Part shown: positions 47,477 to 61,535 of the stretch, piece by piece | How the letters are laid out: each line of letters opens with the position of its first letter | Numbering within the stretch: the stretch's first letter is position 1 | Origin: Takakia lepidozioides | Taxonomy: Eukaryota > Plantae > Bryophyta | Direction of reading: 5' to 3' | Assembly: GCA_030704615.1 (NCBI GenBank) | Contig: CM060731.1 | Span: 20,646,001-20,710,000 of the forward strand | DNA length: 64,000 nucleotides | The notes under the pieces: model-generated | The model's database searches: none | What the model saw: the letters and a program-made list of their open reading frames with translations, nothing else | Told to the model about the DNA's origin: nothing | Made by a program: the position numbers and the translations under genes

Positions 47477-50400
47477 CACTACAACAGATGAGGGTTTTTA
47501 TGACTGCACATATGACTATTTTTTCAGTCCTATATGCGTTCATGACTACATCACTCTGTAGTGAAAAAAACCCTGTCATAGCGACTAGTCTTTATGACTG
47601 CGTTTTGCAAGTCATAGCCGTGACTGCGTGCGTGGCACCAGGAGTTATGCATAAGAGAGTGATGTAGTCACAACTCTATGACTTACATATGACTAACTAT
47701 ATGACTACATTGTCTGCTGAGCGTTGCCTAAATGGAGAGGCTCTAGATGAACACGTACACCATTGCGCAAGCGACACGTCACAACACCTGTTGCACTCCA
47801 GATATGACATGTGGCACTTAGACAGAATATATGACTAGCATATATGTCTACTTATCTTTACACGTGGTGAAAATATGGATAAAAGAATGTCGTGTCATAT
47901 AATGCCACGTATTCTAGATCGAGCAGGGTTTATGCCACGTGTCATCAAGAATGTTCTTTGAAAATAACTTAATAGTTTATATTTATAATTTTAAATTATT
48001 AAATTTATATTTTATTTTTAAAAACAGGGGGATAGCAGCTTGGAAATTTTTATTAACTGGTATTATTGTTTAATTTAATAATGTTATATAAAATAAAATA
48101 GATTAAATGATTTAAATTCTTCATTACATGGTGAAATTCCGATATAAAAACAGAATGGACCCCTCTTGCATACTAGCAACTACAATGACAGTCAAAATAG
48201 ACAAATACAGGGGAATACACACCCTGTAAATTATATTACAAAAATCCAAATGAGATCACTGTCCCAATGGTTACCTCAAAGGCCACAAGGTCCAAAAATC
48301 CATGCCTGAAAAGGCCCAGTAAGCAAAAAATAAGCAAGCCCACACACATGGGTTGTAATACTAGTTTGTTCTGGTGCTACTAGAATCAAGGACCCTGTTA
48401 AACAGTGCAATACTTCTTGATACGGTCGATTCTGATAAGAGAGAAAAACAGGGTGAAATGTGTTGAAGAAGGTGCCTTGATTAACAGTGCCTGATTTGAT
48501 CAATTGTGCCGCTGTTGCTGCGGCTTCCAGTTGACCATCGACCCATGCAGGTTTCTTGTACCTATCCTTCCACAGGGAATCATAGGTAATCTGGAGCTTG
48601 AAATCCGGCCCTCTTGGATGAATCTGGACCCACTCTATATCCCTGCTCCTTCAGTTATCCATGCCCCTGCACAAATCATGCATACATCCTCGCCTTGCTG
48701 CTAGCAGCTGAGAATGATAGCCTAGAATTGCTTGAGCAAACACCCCAACCCTACTTATCACACTAGTTCCTATGTTGGCTTACGTCTGCTTCCGAAAAAC
48801 ATTCACCTTTTGCCTTGATTGTTCCACCATTGACTGAGGTCGGAAACGTATTCATTCCAGAGCTTCTCCTCGAGTCTCTATTATTTATTTTTTGATACTT
48901 TCCTATCGACCACATTGGCAGTAACATGTCAAAATCACTCCAAAACCACCATAGATCCACCAACGAGCTAACTTGCAGAATTCAACATGAAAATTTAGGG
49001 ACAACTCTGATAGCAGGGGAAAACAGGGTGAAATACGTTGAAGAAGGTACCTTCATTAGCAGCACCTTATTCTATGAATTGTGTTGCTGCCGCTGCTGTT
49101 TCCAGTTGACCATCTACCCACTTGTAGCCGCTGTGTTATTGAAGAGCCCCCTTCCCCCATCATTTGCTCATAGGTCTCCAAAGCCTCTATCCCGCACCCC
49201 CTACCCTGCAAGCATCGCACTCCACGACACCACATCTCGCACCAATTTGATGGTACGTACAGGTTCTACCAGAGCACCAATGATCACCAGCATATACGTC
49301 AGTCATGCTTGCAAACATCAATTCTTCCTCCAACTGTCCTTCAGGCTGCGCCGCCATGCTGTCACTTGGTCTGCAACCGATGTATCCACCACCACAAGAT
49401 CATCATGTACCTGAGAACCGAAAAAATCCACAAAACCATCTAGGTCTTTAGCTCTGTTGACCAGCAGAGGCAGCCGAGATCAGAAGCATAAATGCCATGA
49501 TCACAGCCCTAGACAGCAAAACCAAGGGGACAAAATGCTTTGGAAGGAAAACTTACAGCTTGCACCAGAGGGCCTCATCAGATGCAATGCTTCGTAGGAA
49601 CCGGCACACACTTGAACATGTAGAAAGATCTTGCACAAAGATGCAATCCCAACCAGGTCACACAACCTCCAAAATATGAAAAGTTCATTACTTTTACAGC
49701 GGAAAGCCAGACTTTCAGCACTGCCTTGCATGTCAGCCCAAGACAACAGGGCCTCGGGTCGCAACATGACTGGTGATCAAAATCATGACAGACATTCACC
49801 TTTTTGGCTCGGTTGTCCCACCATTAACTGGGGTCAGAAAAATATTCATTCCACAACTTCTCTTCATCTCTGTTACCTCTTTTTGGATACTTTCATGTTG
49901 TCACATTGGCAGTATCATGTCAAAGTCATTCCAAACTATCCCATGTTCACTCAACCAGCTAACTTGCAGAATTCAACATGAAAATTTAGGGCCGATTCTG
50001 ATAAGAGGGAAAAACCGGGTGAAATGCGTTGAAGAAGGTGCCGTCATTAGCAGACCATCTTCTCATTAGCAGATGTCTTGTAGCTGTTGATCCACAGGGA
50101 ATCAGAAGTAATCTTGTGTTTGAAATCCGGCCTTCTTGGATGAATCTGGACCTCTATCCCTGGTCCTTCAGCTATCCCTGCCTGTGTACAAATCATGAAT
50201 ACTTGATGTAAGCAGCTGACACTGATGGCATGAAGTTCTTCCAGCAAACACCCCAACCCTAATTATTACAGTAGTTCCAATTCTGAATTGCATCTGCTTC
50301 TCTCTAGTATAGTCCAACAAGCATTCACCTTTTTGTCTCTATTGTCCCGCCATTGACTGGGGTCGGAAAAGTGTTCATTCCAAAGCTTCTCCTCATCTCT

Positions 50401-51981
50401 GTTACTTATTTTTGGATACTTTCCTGCTGCTACATCGGCAGCAAACTTGTCAAAGTCACTCTAAACCACCACAGATTTGCCCAACAAGCTAACTTACAGG
50501 ATTCAATATGCATCTCAGGGCCGAGTCTGATGAGAGGGCAAAACAGGCTGAAATAGGTTGAAGAAGAAGGTGCCCTCACCACATTGTTCTTGACCTTGTG
50601 TCATGACCCATGGAGGATTTGACCGACCATCAACCCAAAAGGACCTCTTGTGTGTGCTGCTTGTGTCTGTAGTCAGGTGATGTCAGATTGGTATGTGAGA
50701 TCGAACCACCACGGTGCAGCTGAGCAGGCAGAGATTGAAACACGGCCTGCTAAGACCAAGCTGACTCTCCCAAGAGCGGCGAGCTCCTCCTCGTCTCGTC
50801 TCTCTCCCAAAAACGACGAGCTCGCAAGAATATTGGGAGCTTCTCCTCCTCGACGAGATGACGAGAGATGTCGGATGATGTCGGTCTCCTCCTCCTCTTC
50901 TCCTTCATTTGCTCAAGAGTGGGTAGGTCTGCAAAGCCTCCATCCCACGCTCCAGCATCATCACGTTCCATGACACAACATCTCTCGCAGGCGCAGGAGA
51001 AAAAAAAAAACCCAAGTCCCAGGCCTTTGTTCAGGGAACCCTATAAGCAACTTTTTGATTTTTTTTAAACCTTTTGCAAACCCTATAAGCAACTTTTTGA
51101 GAAAAAATTAACTTTTTGCACTTTGATTAATTCTAGTGGTCATAGGCTAAAATCCTACTACCATCATCATCCCCTTCTATTGTTGCATCTGCCAAAACTC
51201 TCAGCCCGGACTTAAGCGAATTTGCTCATGAAGTTCGATATACCTAACCTTAAACCGTTAGATCTTAAACAATCTATCGATTCAAAATAATTTCCATGTA
51301 CAACCATGACCATTGCGTATCTTAATCTCATATATCTTACGATGCTTGTTAAGCCACGTCCATCCAGGTCCAATTTATTGAACATATATCAAATCCCCAC
51401 ACATATTCAAAGCTGATAGGAATTTGTGGTAAACATGGATGGATGAGCTCATCCAATGGATGGATAGATTCATGTATATGCCTTTAAAATGACACGTGTA
51501 GTAATAGAATCATATAAATGCCTTTAAAATGACACGTGTAGTGATGTAGTCATATATATAGGGTTATGAAACAACCTGCACTTATGCAGTCATAAGTTTA
51601 CATGCCATGTCATGTTGTGGATGAACTCATCCAATGGATGAATACAGTCGTGTATGTGGCTTCAAAATGACACGTGTAGTGATGTAGTCATATAATTAGA
51701 GTTGTGAAACCATCTTCAGTCATGGAGTCATAAGATTCCATGAAACGTCGTCCACGTGTAGTCAAACATATCACACTAGTCATATAAACCATCCCTGTCA
51801 TCGTGGTCAACAATGTTTGACCAATGCTCCCTAACTTTCCAGAGTCATGTAGTGATATCCATTACTACAGAGTGATAAAACTATGATTGCAACGCATTTC
51901 AACGGTCTGTAGTCGTATACCTAGTGCAGTTTTATGACTCCGCCAAAGCCGTAGTCCTAAAAACGCTTATCTCTTATAGTG
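47477..51981. mobile_element. Non-autonomous CACTA (En/Spm) DNA transposon, 4.5 kb
   Basis: TIRs CACTACAACAGATGAGGGTTTTTATGACT and (reverse complement) CACTATAAGAGATAAGCGTTTTTAGGACT. 3-bp TSD TTT. Many subterminal TATGACTA/TAGTCATA motifs. No transposase ORF. Confidence 0.9.
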
Positions 51982-52961
51982 TTTCCCTTGTCACCTTTGC
52001 TTGAATTCATATAATAGCACAAACATGTTGTGAGAACAATTACAAAGACAGTATGAAGGATTCTGAAAAATTTAGGGGGTGTAACTCCACGTCTTCACAT
52101 GAAACAAATGCCTTAGAAAATTTCAAGGGGTTCCACCACATATTGAAAGCACACAAAAGACTTTAAAAAAATTCAGATGGCTCGAAATCTAGCAAGCACA
52201 ACACATACATTTTGGACTTAGACAAATCCACGGCTCACCATTTTCAAATTCAAAGTTTCGAATATGTCGTCTAGTTTGAAGACATTCCGACAAGATTGAA
52301 AATCCGATCAGATGTATTTCTAGGGAAGGGTAGGCCATAAAAGTGTGGGGTGGGACCGCCTGAATTGAGGGGTGGGCCGAACTTAGACCGGGGGTCTCAC
52401 CGAGTTTAGGGTGGAGTGGAACCCCATGAAAGGAGAGGCTGGGTGGCCATATGAGCTTCCAAACCCGGTATGCTGGTGGGCTATGGCAACAAATATCATA
52501 GGCCTACAGGCTATAATGTAGGTGTACCATGTGAAGTCCCGTGCAGGGAACCCAAAATCCTATGTCTTGCTTTGATTGGTCTCAAAAAAATTTGGGGATT
52601 TCTTATGGATGCCCACAACACTTGCACCAGAGGGATTAGGAATTGAACGGCTAAGTTGTCTTGCAGAAATTTATGAGGAGATACTTTGTCCTGCCCGAAG
52701 AAATGATAAATTTGACCCCCAATTTTGTCACTACAAAGGAGCCCACTTGGAAACATACCAGAAAAAACTGAAAATCTCAGGGAATGTGTGTTATCATGTA
52801 GGGAACTGAATTCCCGAGACTCTCTAAATAAATTTATTAAATTAAATTAAATAAAAAAAACTGCCCAGATGTGACCTAAAAGCTGGTTTCTTTTTGCACC
52901 TATTATCTAGGGAAGCGAATGTTTTGGTCCCCACTCTACACTTATAATCTTTGTCTCTAGC

Positions 52962-53148
52962 TTGACAACCAGCATGTAGCCCAGTGGTAATGGGCACATA
53001 ACACGTTGGATGTGGTGAGGTTCAAACCACGGTCTGGTGTGTCATGGAGGTGTCCACCTTTCAGCTGGAAGGCAATAGCCTTTGTGGTGAAGTGACACCA
53101 TAAGTTACGCTCCCTTAGGGAGGCGTTGTATATATATATATATATATA
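52962..53148 (+). mobile_element. tRNA-derived SINE with (TA)n tail
   Basis: A box TAGCCCAGTGG, B box GGTTCAAACC, TA-repeat tail, 11-bp TSD TTGTCTCTAGC (52951-52961, 53149-53159). Confidence 0.8.
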
Positions 53149-53631
53149 TTGTCTCTAGCACTTGGATTCTATGAAACTTTTTGTGGTAGGAGGTGGGGTA
53201 GGTAGGAAGTAATTCCAATGGTCACTTTTACAGGGATTGAGAAATTCTCTAGATAAAAATATTTTGGTGGGCCAGGGTCAAGTTTTTCCTCAAGTGCTGC
53301 AAAACGTGGCCGGACACTTTAAGGGTTAAGGTCTAGCCGCTTGTTCAACGGTTGAATCCTGGATCATTGTAAGATAAGATGTGGCTCTTGGTCCTTTGCG
53401 CTGTCATGTCTCTGCCAATGCAAGCTCATTTGCAGAGTTGTTTGCTGACATCACTCTTTCGCTATGAGATGTATGAGATTGTGAATGCCGTGAAACAAGA
53501 CTGCAGTTGCATGTCTATAATTTCTCATTTGAAAGGCTTCAAAGTTCAGAGCCTTCAAATTGCAGCACCTAGCACTTCCAACACTCGAGACACGAGGGAG
53601 AGATGTGACCTCGTGGGCGGCTTGATATTAA

Positions 53632-54476
53632 CTCCTAAAGTACGAGAGTTTTTTTGCGATTTTTTAGAAAAACCTAACATGGCCTCACAAAAGTGGATGT
53701 ATGTTGTTGCCAAAATGTGGATGAACCGTACCATGTTATCAATATCTACATTATATAGGTGATAAAAAATTCTCAGGTCATTCCTCCATTGGAATGAGCG
53801 GATTATAATGTGGGAGTGATCTCCCATTTCTAGGCTCATAGAAAAACTCATGGAAAAACTTGGTTTGACCACCAATTTTCTCCATGTTCTAGTTGTGGGT
53901 TCCCCTCCAATTTTTTATCAATTGTTGCCTATCATGTGTAGGATATTGTGTCCAAATTTTAGCATGCAATGACCTACTTTCATTAATGCCCCTTTGTATG
54001 TAACTGCTTAGGGGTACCCATGGGTAAAACGAACAAGACTTTTGCTTGAATGCAACACGTAGCGAAAATTTTGCATGGAAAGAAAAATTTCGATGGTGAG
54101 TAGATGCCAGGTTAGAATACAAAGAAAATCCACTAATTCACATTTGAAATTTCCAAGTTTGGCTGGGATGTAGCATAGAGTGAATTGTCCATGTGACATG
54201 GCCCCACGCGGTCATTGGTCCACGTCATGTAGTCAACACCCTCAAAACTTGAACACCACACAAAATATGCAAATTTTCACACATGTCCAAAATTCTAGGG
54301 GGCATTCAATAATCAAAATGGCACAGGATTTGGTGCAATCAATAGCTACCACTCTAAGCTATAACTTTGCTTTGGGGCCCACCTCCATGAGATACCATCC
54401 TAACCATGTACAGCCAAGTGGAAAAACAACGTGACCAAACAACTTGACCAAAATGGGTCGCATCGTCCTTTAGGGG
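53632..54476. mobile_element. Non-autonomous TTAA-flanked (piggyBac-like) element
   Basis: TTAA on both sides. TIR CTCCTAAAGTACGA vs CCCCTAAAGGACGA. Absent from the paralogous site at ~11938. Related sequence in opposite orientation starts after TTAA at 16192 and 18384. Confidence 0.75.
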
Positions 54477-54480
54477 TTAA

Positions 54481-54856
54481 GAGGACCTTCCATGTACCCA
54501 GCCCACTATTTAAGGGAGGAAACTGACAAAAATGGTTGGGTACACTTCTCACTTCCATGCCGGGGGTGGCGGGGCTCAGTCGCCGAGTTCCCGTGTCGGT
54601 GTAGTGCAGCCCGATAAAATGGGGAGAGAGCTCGTCTGTCGAGTATTGCGAATTGAATGCAGTCTCCACTTACTTGCCACGTCGGGCAAAAGTCACGCTT
54701 AGCTGAAGTACCCTCTACCACGTCACGCTAAAGTCCAAAACGATTATTCGGCGGCCGAGCTCCACAAGACATTGGAAATACTCGAGGGAACTCAACCATT
54801 GTTTTTCGACGAACTCCTTTATATGCAGTGGGCTCCTCCCACATGGATGGACCCCC
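54481..54856. mobile_element. Tourist/PIF-Harbinger-like MITE
   Basis: TAA TSD. Imperfect TIR GAGGACCTTCCATGT / GGGGTCCATCCATGT. Absent in the paralogous copy. Confidence 0.65.
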
Positions 54857-54963
54857 TAAGCTGTGTGACCGATCGGTGTTACAAATGGCACCACTCCATA
54901 AGGGATTGCTGCGTGTATGTTGTCTCCTAGTTCTTGGTGGGCCCAATGTGCACGTGGAAGCTA

Positions 54964-55689
54964 CCGTACTTAGCTAGCTTATTAGGTAATAATTAATTCA
55001 AAATCAAGTGCCTAATTAAATTTAGAACATTTTTGGAAATTGTGCCTAGAAATAATTCCTGAAGTGCATAATTGCTCGAAAATTGTGAAAAAAGGGTCTC
55101 CAAATATGTGGAAAAAATGCATAAATTATATTATTTCAAGTCCAAAATAATGGTGAAAATTCCTACAATTTCAAATTTCATGTCTACACAACTTCCAAAG
55201 GGCCCTACGTTGATGCAACTACATCCTCATAAGTTTTTGAGGGAGGTCAAAAACAATTGTTGAGATAATATCTATTTTCAAAATCATTATGTTTTGAAAA
55301 AAAGAAAATTACCTCAACTATAGTTTTCGAGGGAGGATAAAAACCTTAGATCCTTGATAAGAGTGGATGAATGTTTTCTCAAACCAACTATGTTAAGGCT
55401 CAGCATAAGAGAGGAGAGCCATATTTTCATAAACACATATCAAATAATGCTCTAGTCATGCCATTTTCAAGTGTAAATTTTTATAGAGCAAAGATTTCAT
55501 AACATTAAGGGTGACATAACAAAAAAGCAGGTAACATTTATCCAGGGTCGACTGTAATTGTACATGCCTAATGTTTGGAAATTACCTAGGTGAGGTGCCT
55601 AAATAATAAAAACGAAGAGTCTGCCTAATAATATTTCATATTTATTAATTATTAGGCGCGAAAGTGCCTAATAAGCTAGGTAAGTACGG
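54964..55689. mobile_element. Tc1/mariner-type MITE
   Basis: 23-bp TIR CCGTACTTA(G/C)CTAGCTTATTAGG, inserted at TA (right copy mutated to GA). Empty site GAAGCTATATGT at ~12040. Confidence 0.8.
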
Positions 55690-56564
55690 GATATGTCTCT
55701 AGAAGAGTCACGCGCAGAGGTCGGCGTCAGACACACATAACCACAATAATCAACGAGATGCCCCTTTCCACGATATATGCAACAAGTGCGATTCTATCAT
55801 CTCTGCCCGAATGAGGCTATTGATGACAAGCTTTTGATATCTTCAGATTCATCGAACAATCGGCTAGTCTCCTTTCTGCACCTGATTCGGCCCCAGAAAT
55901 GTACCAGTGCCTGCCCGACCAATCGATCAATCTGCATCTGGCTGGTATTCAGCCCAATGAATGTATCTTATTTGACCTACAGAGAGTCTGGAGTTGACCT
56001 GCATTCTTTTGGCGTATGTTGTTCGACTGTGGCCCATACATCAATCATCATGGGCTGCTTCTTCTTCTTTTCTTGCCTAAATGTTTTGGCTCGCTATAGA
56101 CAACCCTTTCAAGGACCTGACACTGTTAAGCTGGCAAGCCTTGCAGAGCTTTCGACAGTTTGGTCCGACAGTTTGGTCAGACTCAGGGTAGGTTGGACTT
56201 TGACATTGCACACCCACCAAACTGGTGACTGGTCGTTTGCTTGACCTAGTGCATTGTTGCTATCGAGCTCAGCCCCCTTTTGGAGTTTTGCTTTCCTGCC
56301 GTCCCAATGTTGAGGATGTTGGTAGGCAAGTTGGGTAGGTGGATGTTTGATTTTCCTCCACTCAATGATTAAATGATCGGCATTTTCGTCTGGGCAGGTT
56401 GGAAAAGATGAAGCCTTATATTGGGTAGCTACAGATCGACTGGTGGGTCAGTATCTAAGAAGGCCACTAAAGGCGAATAGAAGTTACTAGACTGTGGTGG
56501 TGTGGGAGTGTTGACATTACAAAATTTCAGGTCGGCCCATCACCAATGCGTTGTTGGTACAGAG

Positions 56565-57378
56565 CAACGTCCGGGGAGAACCGGCAGCCAGTTACATGCT
56601 AGCCGACTGAATTCCAGAATTTCCGAATGAAATATGAAACCTGAGGAAATGGATCCGAGGGAAAAAATGGCCCAAGTGGAAATCAACCGGTGCCCTACTT
56701 TTAGGAAGGATATTTGCCTTTCCATTTCATTACAGACAGGAAATCTGCCTTAGTTGGCAAGGCCTGGACGGATTCCGGCCCTTCTTATATTACAAAAAAT
56801 GGAAATGGCCGTCGAAGTCCACCACATGGCAGAAATCCAACGTGCCAGGCCGGGTTACATCCAAGGAAGGGCGTTTAGGTGAAAAAATATTGAACTCAAA
56901 GAGGGCGGGCCGCGGGCAAACCCTACTAAGTCTGGACGTTGCTCTCGCAGCCCCAGCCCCACGCCAGCTTGCACTCGCTGCCTGCTATCACAGCTCACCT
57001 GTCCACGCGGGTTCAATTCTTGGCCTCCATGTGGTTTGAAGGCATTGACAGGTCCAACTTCTATAAGGATACAATGTTCTTCACTTGTTTGAATTGCTTA
57101 AAACTGGTTGTGATTATTTATTATTATTATTATTTACTTATTGTTGTGCATTTGACACTTGTGTTGTCAACCGGTTGATATTTATAAGGGCCGAATTTAT
57201 AGCTGAACACAAAATAAATCATTAGGAATATTACCGGTTGTAAAGAAATTATCTCGGAAATTGACCGGGTATAGTTACCACTAAGGGGCAGCAACCGACT
57301 GCCCAACCCACTTAGCCGATTGCTGCTGGGAATGAGCAGCTACTGGCTGGTTCAACTGAAATTATTTCCCGGACGCTG
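56565..57378. mobile_element. Non-autonomous hAT-like element
   Basis: 8-bp TSD GTACAGAG (56557-56564, 57379-57386). TIR CAACGTCCGGG / CAGCGTCCGGG. Empty site at ~12186. Confidence 0.85.
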
Positions 57379-57676
57379 GTACAGAGCACATACGTATACG
57401 AAAATACTGCCATGCCGGGGCTGCACCGGCATGAACATTATATTCCTCGGCAAAAATGGAGAAAACTTTAGGCGCGATTGGAGATCAATCTTCGAATATC
57501 GCCCAAATGTGGCCTTCCCCTATACATAAAAGCAACCCCACTTACTCGGTTTGAAGCATCCAGTGCGCACGAGTCATCAGGAGCATTTCCTTCGAGCGTT
57601 GATAGAGACGATAGAGACGTTCGTTCTCTACTTCTCGTCTGCAGCATTTCCGTAGTCCCTCGTGAGGCAAAGAAGC

Positions 57677-58334
57677 ATGGCGAAAACTTTGGAATCGAGG
57701 GAAGTGCTCCCGGTTGCTCCCGAGCGTCTGTGGGCTGTGTCCAAGCACTCCGATACAGTGTTGCCCAAGCTGATCCCTCAGTTGTTCGCGAAAATCGTAC
57801 ATAGCGAGGGTAATGGCGGGGCGGGCACCCTTCGTACCGTTACTTTGGGGCCTGGTACCAGATCTTCCTCAGATCTTCCTCTATGCCCCTTTGGACTTGT
57901 CCATTATCATGAAATCGTGACAGACGCGTGTGCCTGATATGCAGTCTATAGCCATTGAGTCGAATTTTCTAGTGTTAGAACGAGTGGATCGATGTGTAAG
58001 GTGTTGTCTAAGTACTTAATGAATTTGTATCCTCTTTGTGTGTGTAGTCGTGCCAGGAAACGTGACAGTGAAGGAACGTGTTGAGGTTTTTGACGAAGCC
58101 ACCAAGACCGTGGTTTACTCCACGATAGAGGGAGATCCTAGGTACAGCTCCTTCAAGTCTACCGTAAAGTATCTCCCCGGACCAACGGCTGGCACCACCG
58201 AGGCAATTTGGACTGCAGAGTACACAGCCGCTGCGGCTGAGGCTCCCCCTCCCGAGGAGCTGAAAAATACTGCACAGACCGTGTTTAAAGCTCTTGCCGC
58301 CTTTGCCAGTGAGAATCCGGACTTTGCTGCTTAG
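57677..58334 (+). CDS. PR-10/Bet v1/MLP-like protein, 154 aa, copy 2
   Basis: Exons 57677-57854 and 58048-58334. Nearly identical to copy 1, about 11 aa differences. Confidence 0.9.
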
Positions 58335-61300
58335 AGCTTGCCACAGTCTGATCCGGTTTCGTGATCTAAGTTAAGTACTGCAGAAACAAGACGCATAGTT
58401 CATAAGGCCGCGTGTTTTCTTGTCGTACTGGGTAAGTGTCACTCTTTTGGTTGGGTTCTATGGATTTGTACGATAGCTCTAAATTATCCAGCCAAATGTT
58501 CATGTAGATACAGGTTTGACAAATGTAATCCCGCATAGATCACTAGTGAGTGTTTGATCTGCAGATCTGAAAGCTACCCACTTGCTGGTTGGCTGGTGTT
58601 GAAACTCCTTGTCCAATCTCAATGTGTTGTAGTTGAATTTTCCTAGCATTCGCAATAAACGGTTTTGTTACACGTATGTTTACTATTGTATGTCACCACA
58701 ATTGAGGCGGGGTCATGGCTTTCATTGAATGGCTTGGAGATTATAGTCAGGAGTACAGTAAGTACTCATTCGACGTCGAGCGGATCCTCAACGAGACAAA
58801 AGTTTATGTTTGTCGATCACGTCAGATGTCATCTATCTTCGAATGTGAATCTCATACGTTTACGGTATCATGCTTGAGGTCGGACCCCCTTGATTAAGTA
58901 TCTGGAAATACAGGTCAGACCACTGAAACAGTTGTTCTGTATTCAAGCGCTTGGCAGACGTTTTGTATATAAGTGGATGGGATAATGTCAATCAAGGCAT
59001 ATTGAGGACTTGATCACGGACCTGGAAGTATATGCAGTGGCATGATGACCTTGCTGAACCAGATACAACTTGAACCTGCCACTAGTTTTCATCTACTTTT
59101 TCCTCAGAGCAACAGGCAACTTTCAATGGCCTACATGTAGCCTAGAAGCTCCCGACTCCTGGCAGCAGGATGATAGCCCACGGTTGATCACTTCTAGTAA
59201 CTAAGCCTGACACTTGATTCTTTTTCTTGTTTTATCCGGATTCCGGAATGAGTGCAATTTCCACAGCTAAGCTGCCTGCACTGAAATGAAAGAACCTGGG
59301 AGCTACAAGTAGGACGAACGGTGGCACATTCTGGCTCCAGGGGCTGTCTGACTCACTGCAATCACTTACATACCAGGGCAAAGCAGAGGACTTACAACAT
59401 TTGGGGGATGCCGGTTTCCACAGATGGGTCAGAATCTACATAGGAATGAAGAAAGAGATATCCGGGGAAAGTAACTGAAAATATATTAGGCCTGATACGG
59501 TATACCGCCATCTAAATTTCTGCGTATATTATGAGGGAGCTGCCATTCATGCGACAGTCAGCCGGTGGTCAACCGGTGAGGCCAGACTTCTTTTTTATTT
59601 TTATTTTTAAAGAACAGGGGACAGAGGCCCTGGAACTTTATTGGCTCTATCCCACAAGGTTAGATTGTGGAGAACGGAGAACTAGGCTTAGGGGGAAGGG
59701 GAGGTGGTCAGCGGGCAAGATGAAGGCGCTCCGCTCACAACATAAACAGAAAGTTAGAAGAGCATAATAGTAATAATTTTCCAAAAACAGAATGTCGAAA
59801 AAGCTTCAGCTGCTTGCTGTAACTTGTTCTTAAGATCCTCCGCGCTCCTGCTTTTTTCTCTCTCTTGCAGATCTATGCTGCCTTGACCATCCCACTGCTT
59901 CCTTCTTGATCCCCATCTCTTTAATCGTTTTTGGTCACGAAGCAGATCCTTCCCTTATCACCCTCGATGGCACGAGTCTGTTTTATACATGTACTGGTGA
60001 TGCTCAAAAACATGTTATTATATCAAAAGTCACATCAGGATTCAGGTATGGAATATCAAATAGTTTTTGCATCCTCCATGCTACTATGGCCTACTACATG
60101 GTAACAAGGGTGTTCTCCAAATTAATGTATGACCTTATTCCATCTTTTTATTTAATTTGAAATAATCCATAAATTTGGTAGAGCCCAAAAACAAAAACCA
60201 GGTCTAGGCGGGTAATATTGTGAGTCATGAGGCTATCCCCCCAAAAATTACGTCGAACGGGTTTCATATGATCAAGATATGGCCAAATAGACTTAATTTG
60301 GATCATCATAACAAATTAAAATGAAGTCTCAATGTAGAGCATACGTTAACACTATATTTATTTTAATAATGTGAAATCCACACATTCCACACGTGACAAG
60401 GTAGTAGGGTTTGAGCCCTAAACTAGAAGTGACACAAAGAGTAAAAGGGTCAAAACATTCAAAAGGTTCAAGATTCAAGAAGTTCAAAAGGTTGGCAATT
60501 AGGTGCAACGCGTTTAGGTTGGGACTTGAGCGTTTTCATCTATCTTCCAGGTGGTACAAAGCTATGAAGGCAGCTTGTCCATCTTGCAAAATGTGGGCTC
60601 TTCCTGTTATTGTCAAGTGCTTTCATAATACTCACCGCGACATATGGGCTCAACAAGATGTGGTGTCATGGAGTGCGATGTTCACACTATACTAAATGGG
60701 ATAAATCTAAAGAGAACTGAATACAATGGAATTGAATGTGATAAAACTGAAGGGAACTATACATAATGGAAGTCATTCTGATAAAAGTGAGAGAAAATCA
60801 ATATATGAATTGAGACGTTTGTTTTGTTTTGTAGAGTTGAGATGTCCCAAACTGCCCAAACTGCGGGGCCCCACCCTGAGTGCTTGGTACCGTTGGAAAG
60901 CCCTCGATGAGGAGGGATGCAGTGACTTGGTGTCATGATTTTTGGACTTGCGGTGTGGGAGATGTGGAATTTCAAGTACTTTGGGTCGCTAGAAATTCGC
61001 AAAGTGGGCTCTCCTGGGACAATGGTTGGAGCCTCGACATGAGATATATCATTAATGATTTGATGTATTACTACTCAAAAAAAAATAAAAAATTGGGCTT
61101 TCTTGAACAATGATTGGATTACTCAATAAATTCATGGAAAACAATAAATTGAAGCTACCCTATGAGGAGATATGGACATTAGAGTTGGTCATTTTGTTGT
61201 TCATTCATGTACCACACATTTCTTTGTAACTAAACAAACATCCACCTTCATTTTAGTATATCGATTTCAATTCTTCACACATGGACATCGACATAGGGGA

Positions 61301-61375
61301 CACACTTGCATACATAAGGGATTGGACTTGGGACTAGACACTTGGGCCAACCGCACAGGCTACCCTAGTGAATAC

Positions 61376-61535
61376 AATGGAACTGAAGAGATAATTCTGA
61401 AGGGAACTGAATATGATAGAACTGAAGGGATGAATATGAAGGGAACTTAATAGGATAGAACTGAAAGGATAAATTTGAAAAGAATTGCATACGATAAAAC
61501 TGAAGGGATAAATCTGAACGGAACTGAATATAATG
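61376..61535 (+). repeat. ~38-bp degenerate tandem repeat (GATAAATCTGAAGGGAACTGAATATGATAGAACTGAAG), also at ~60696-60775
   Basis: About four consecutive units visible. Confidence 0.65.

Noticed and set aside
52970-53035. tRNA gene
   Set aside because: A/B boxes are present but no convincing cloverleaf. The TSD and TA tail indicate a SINE.
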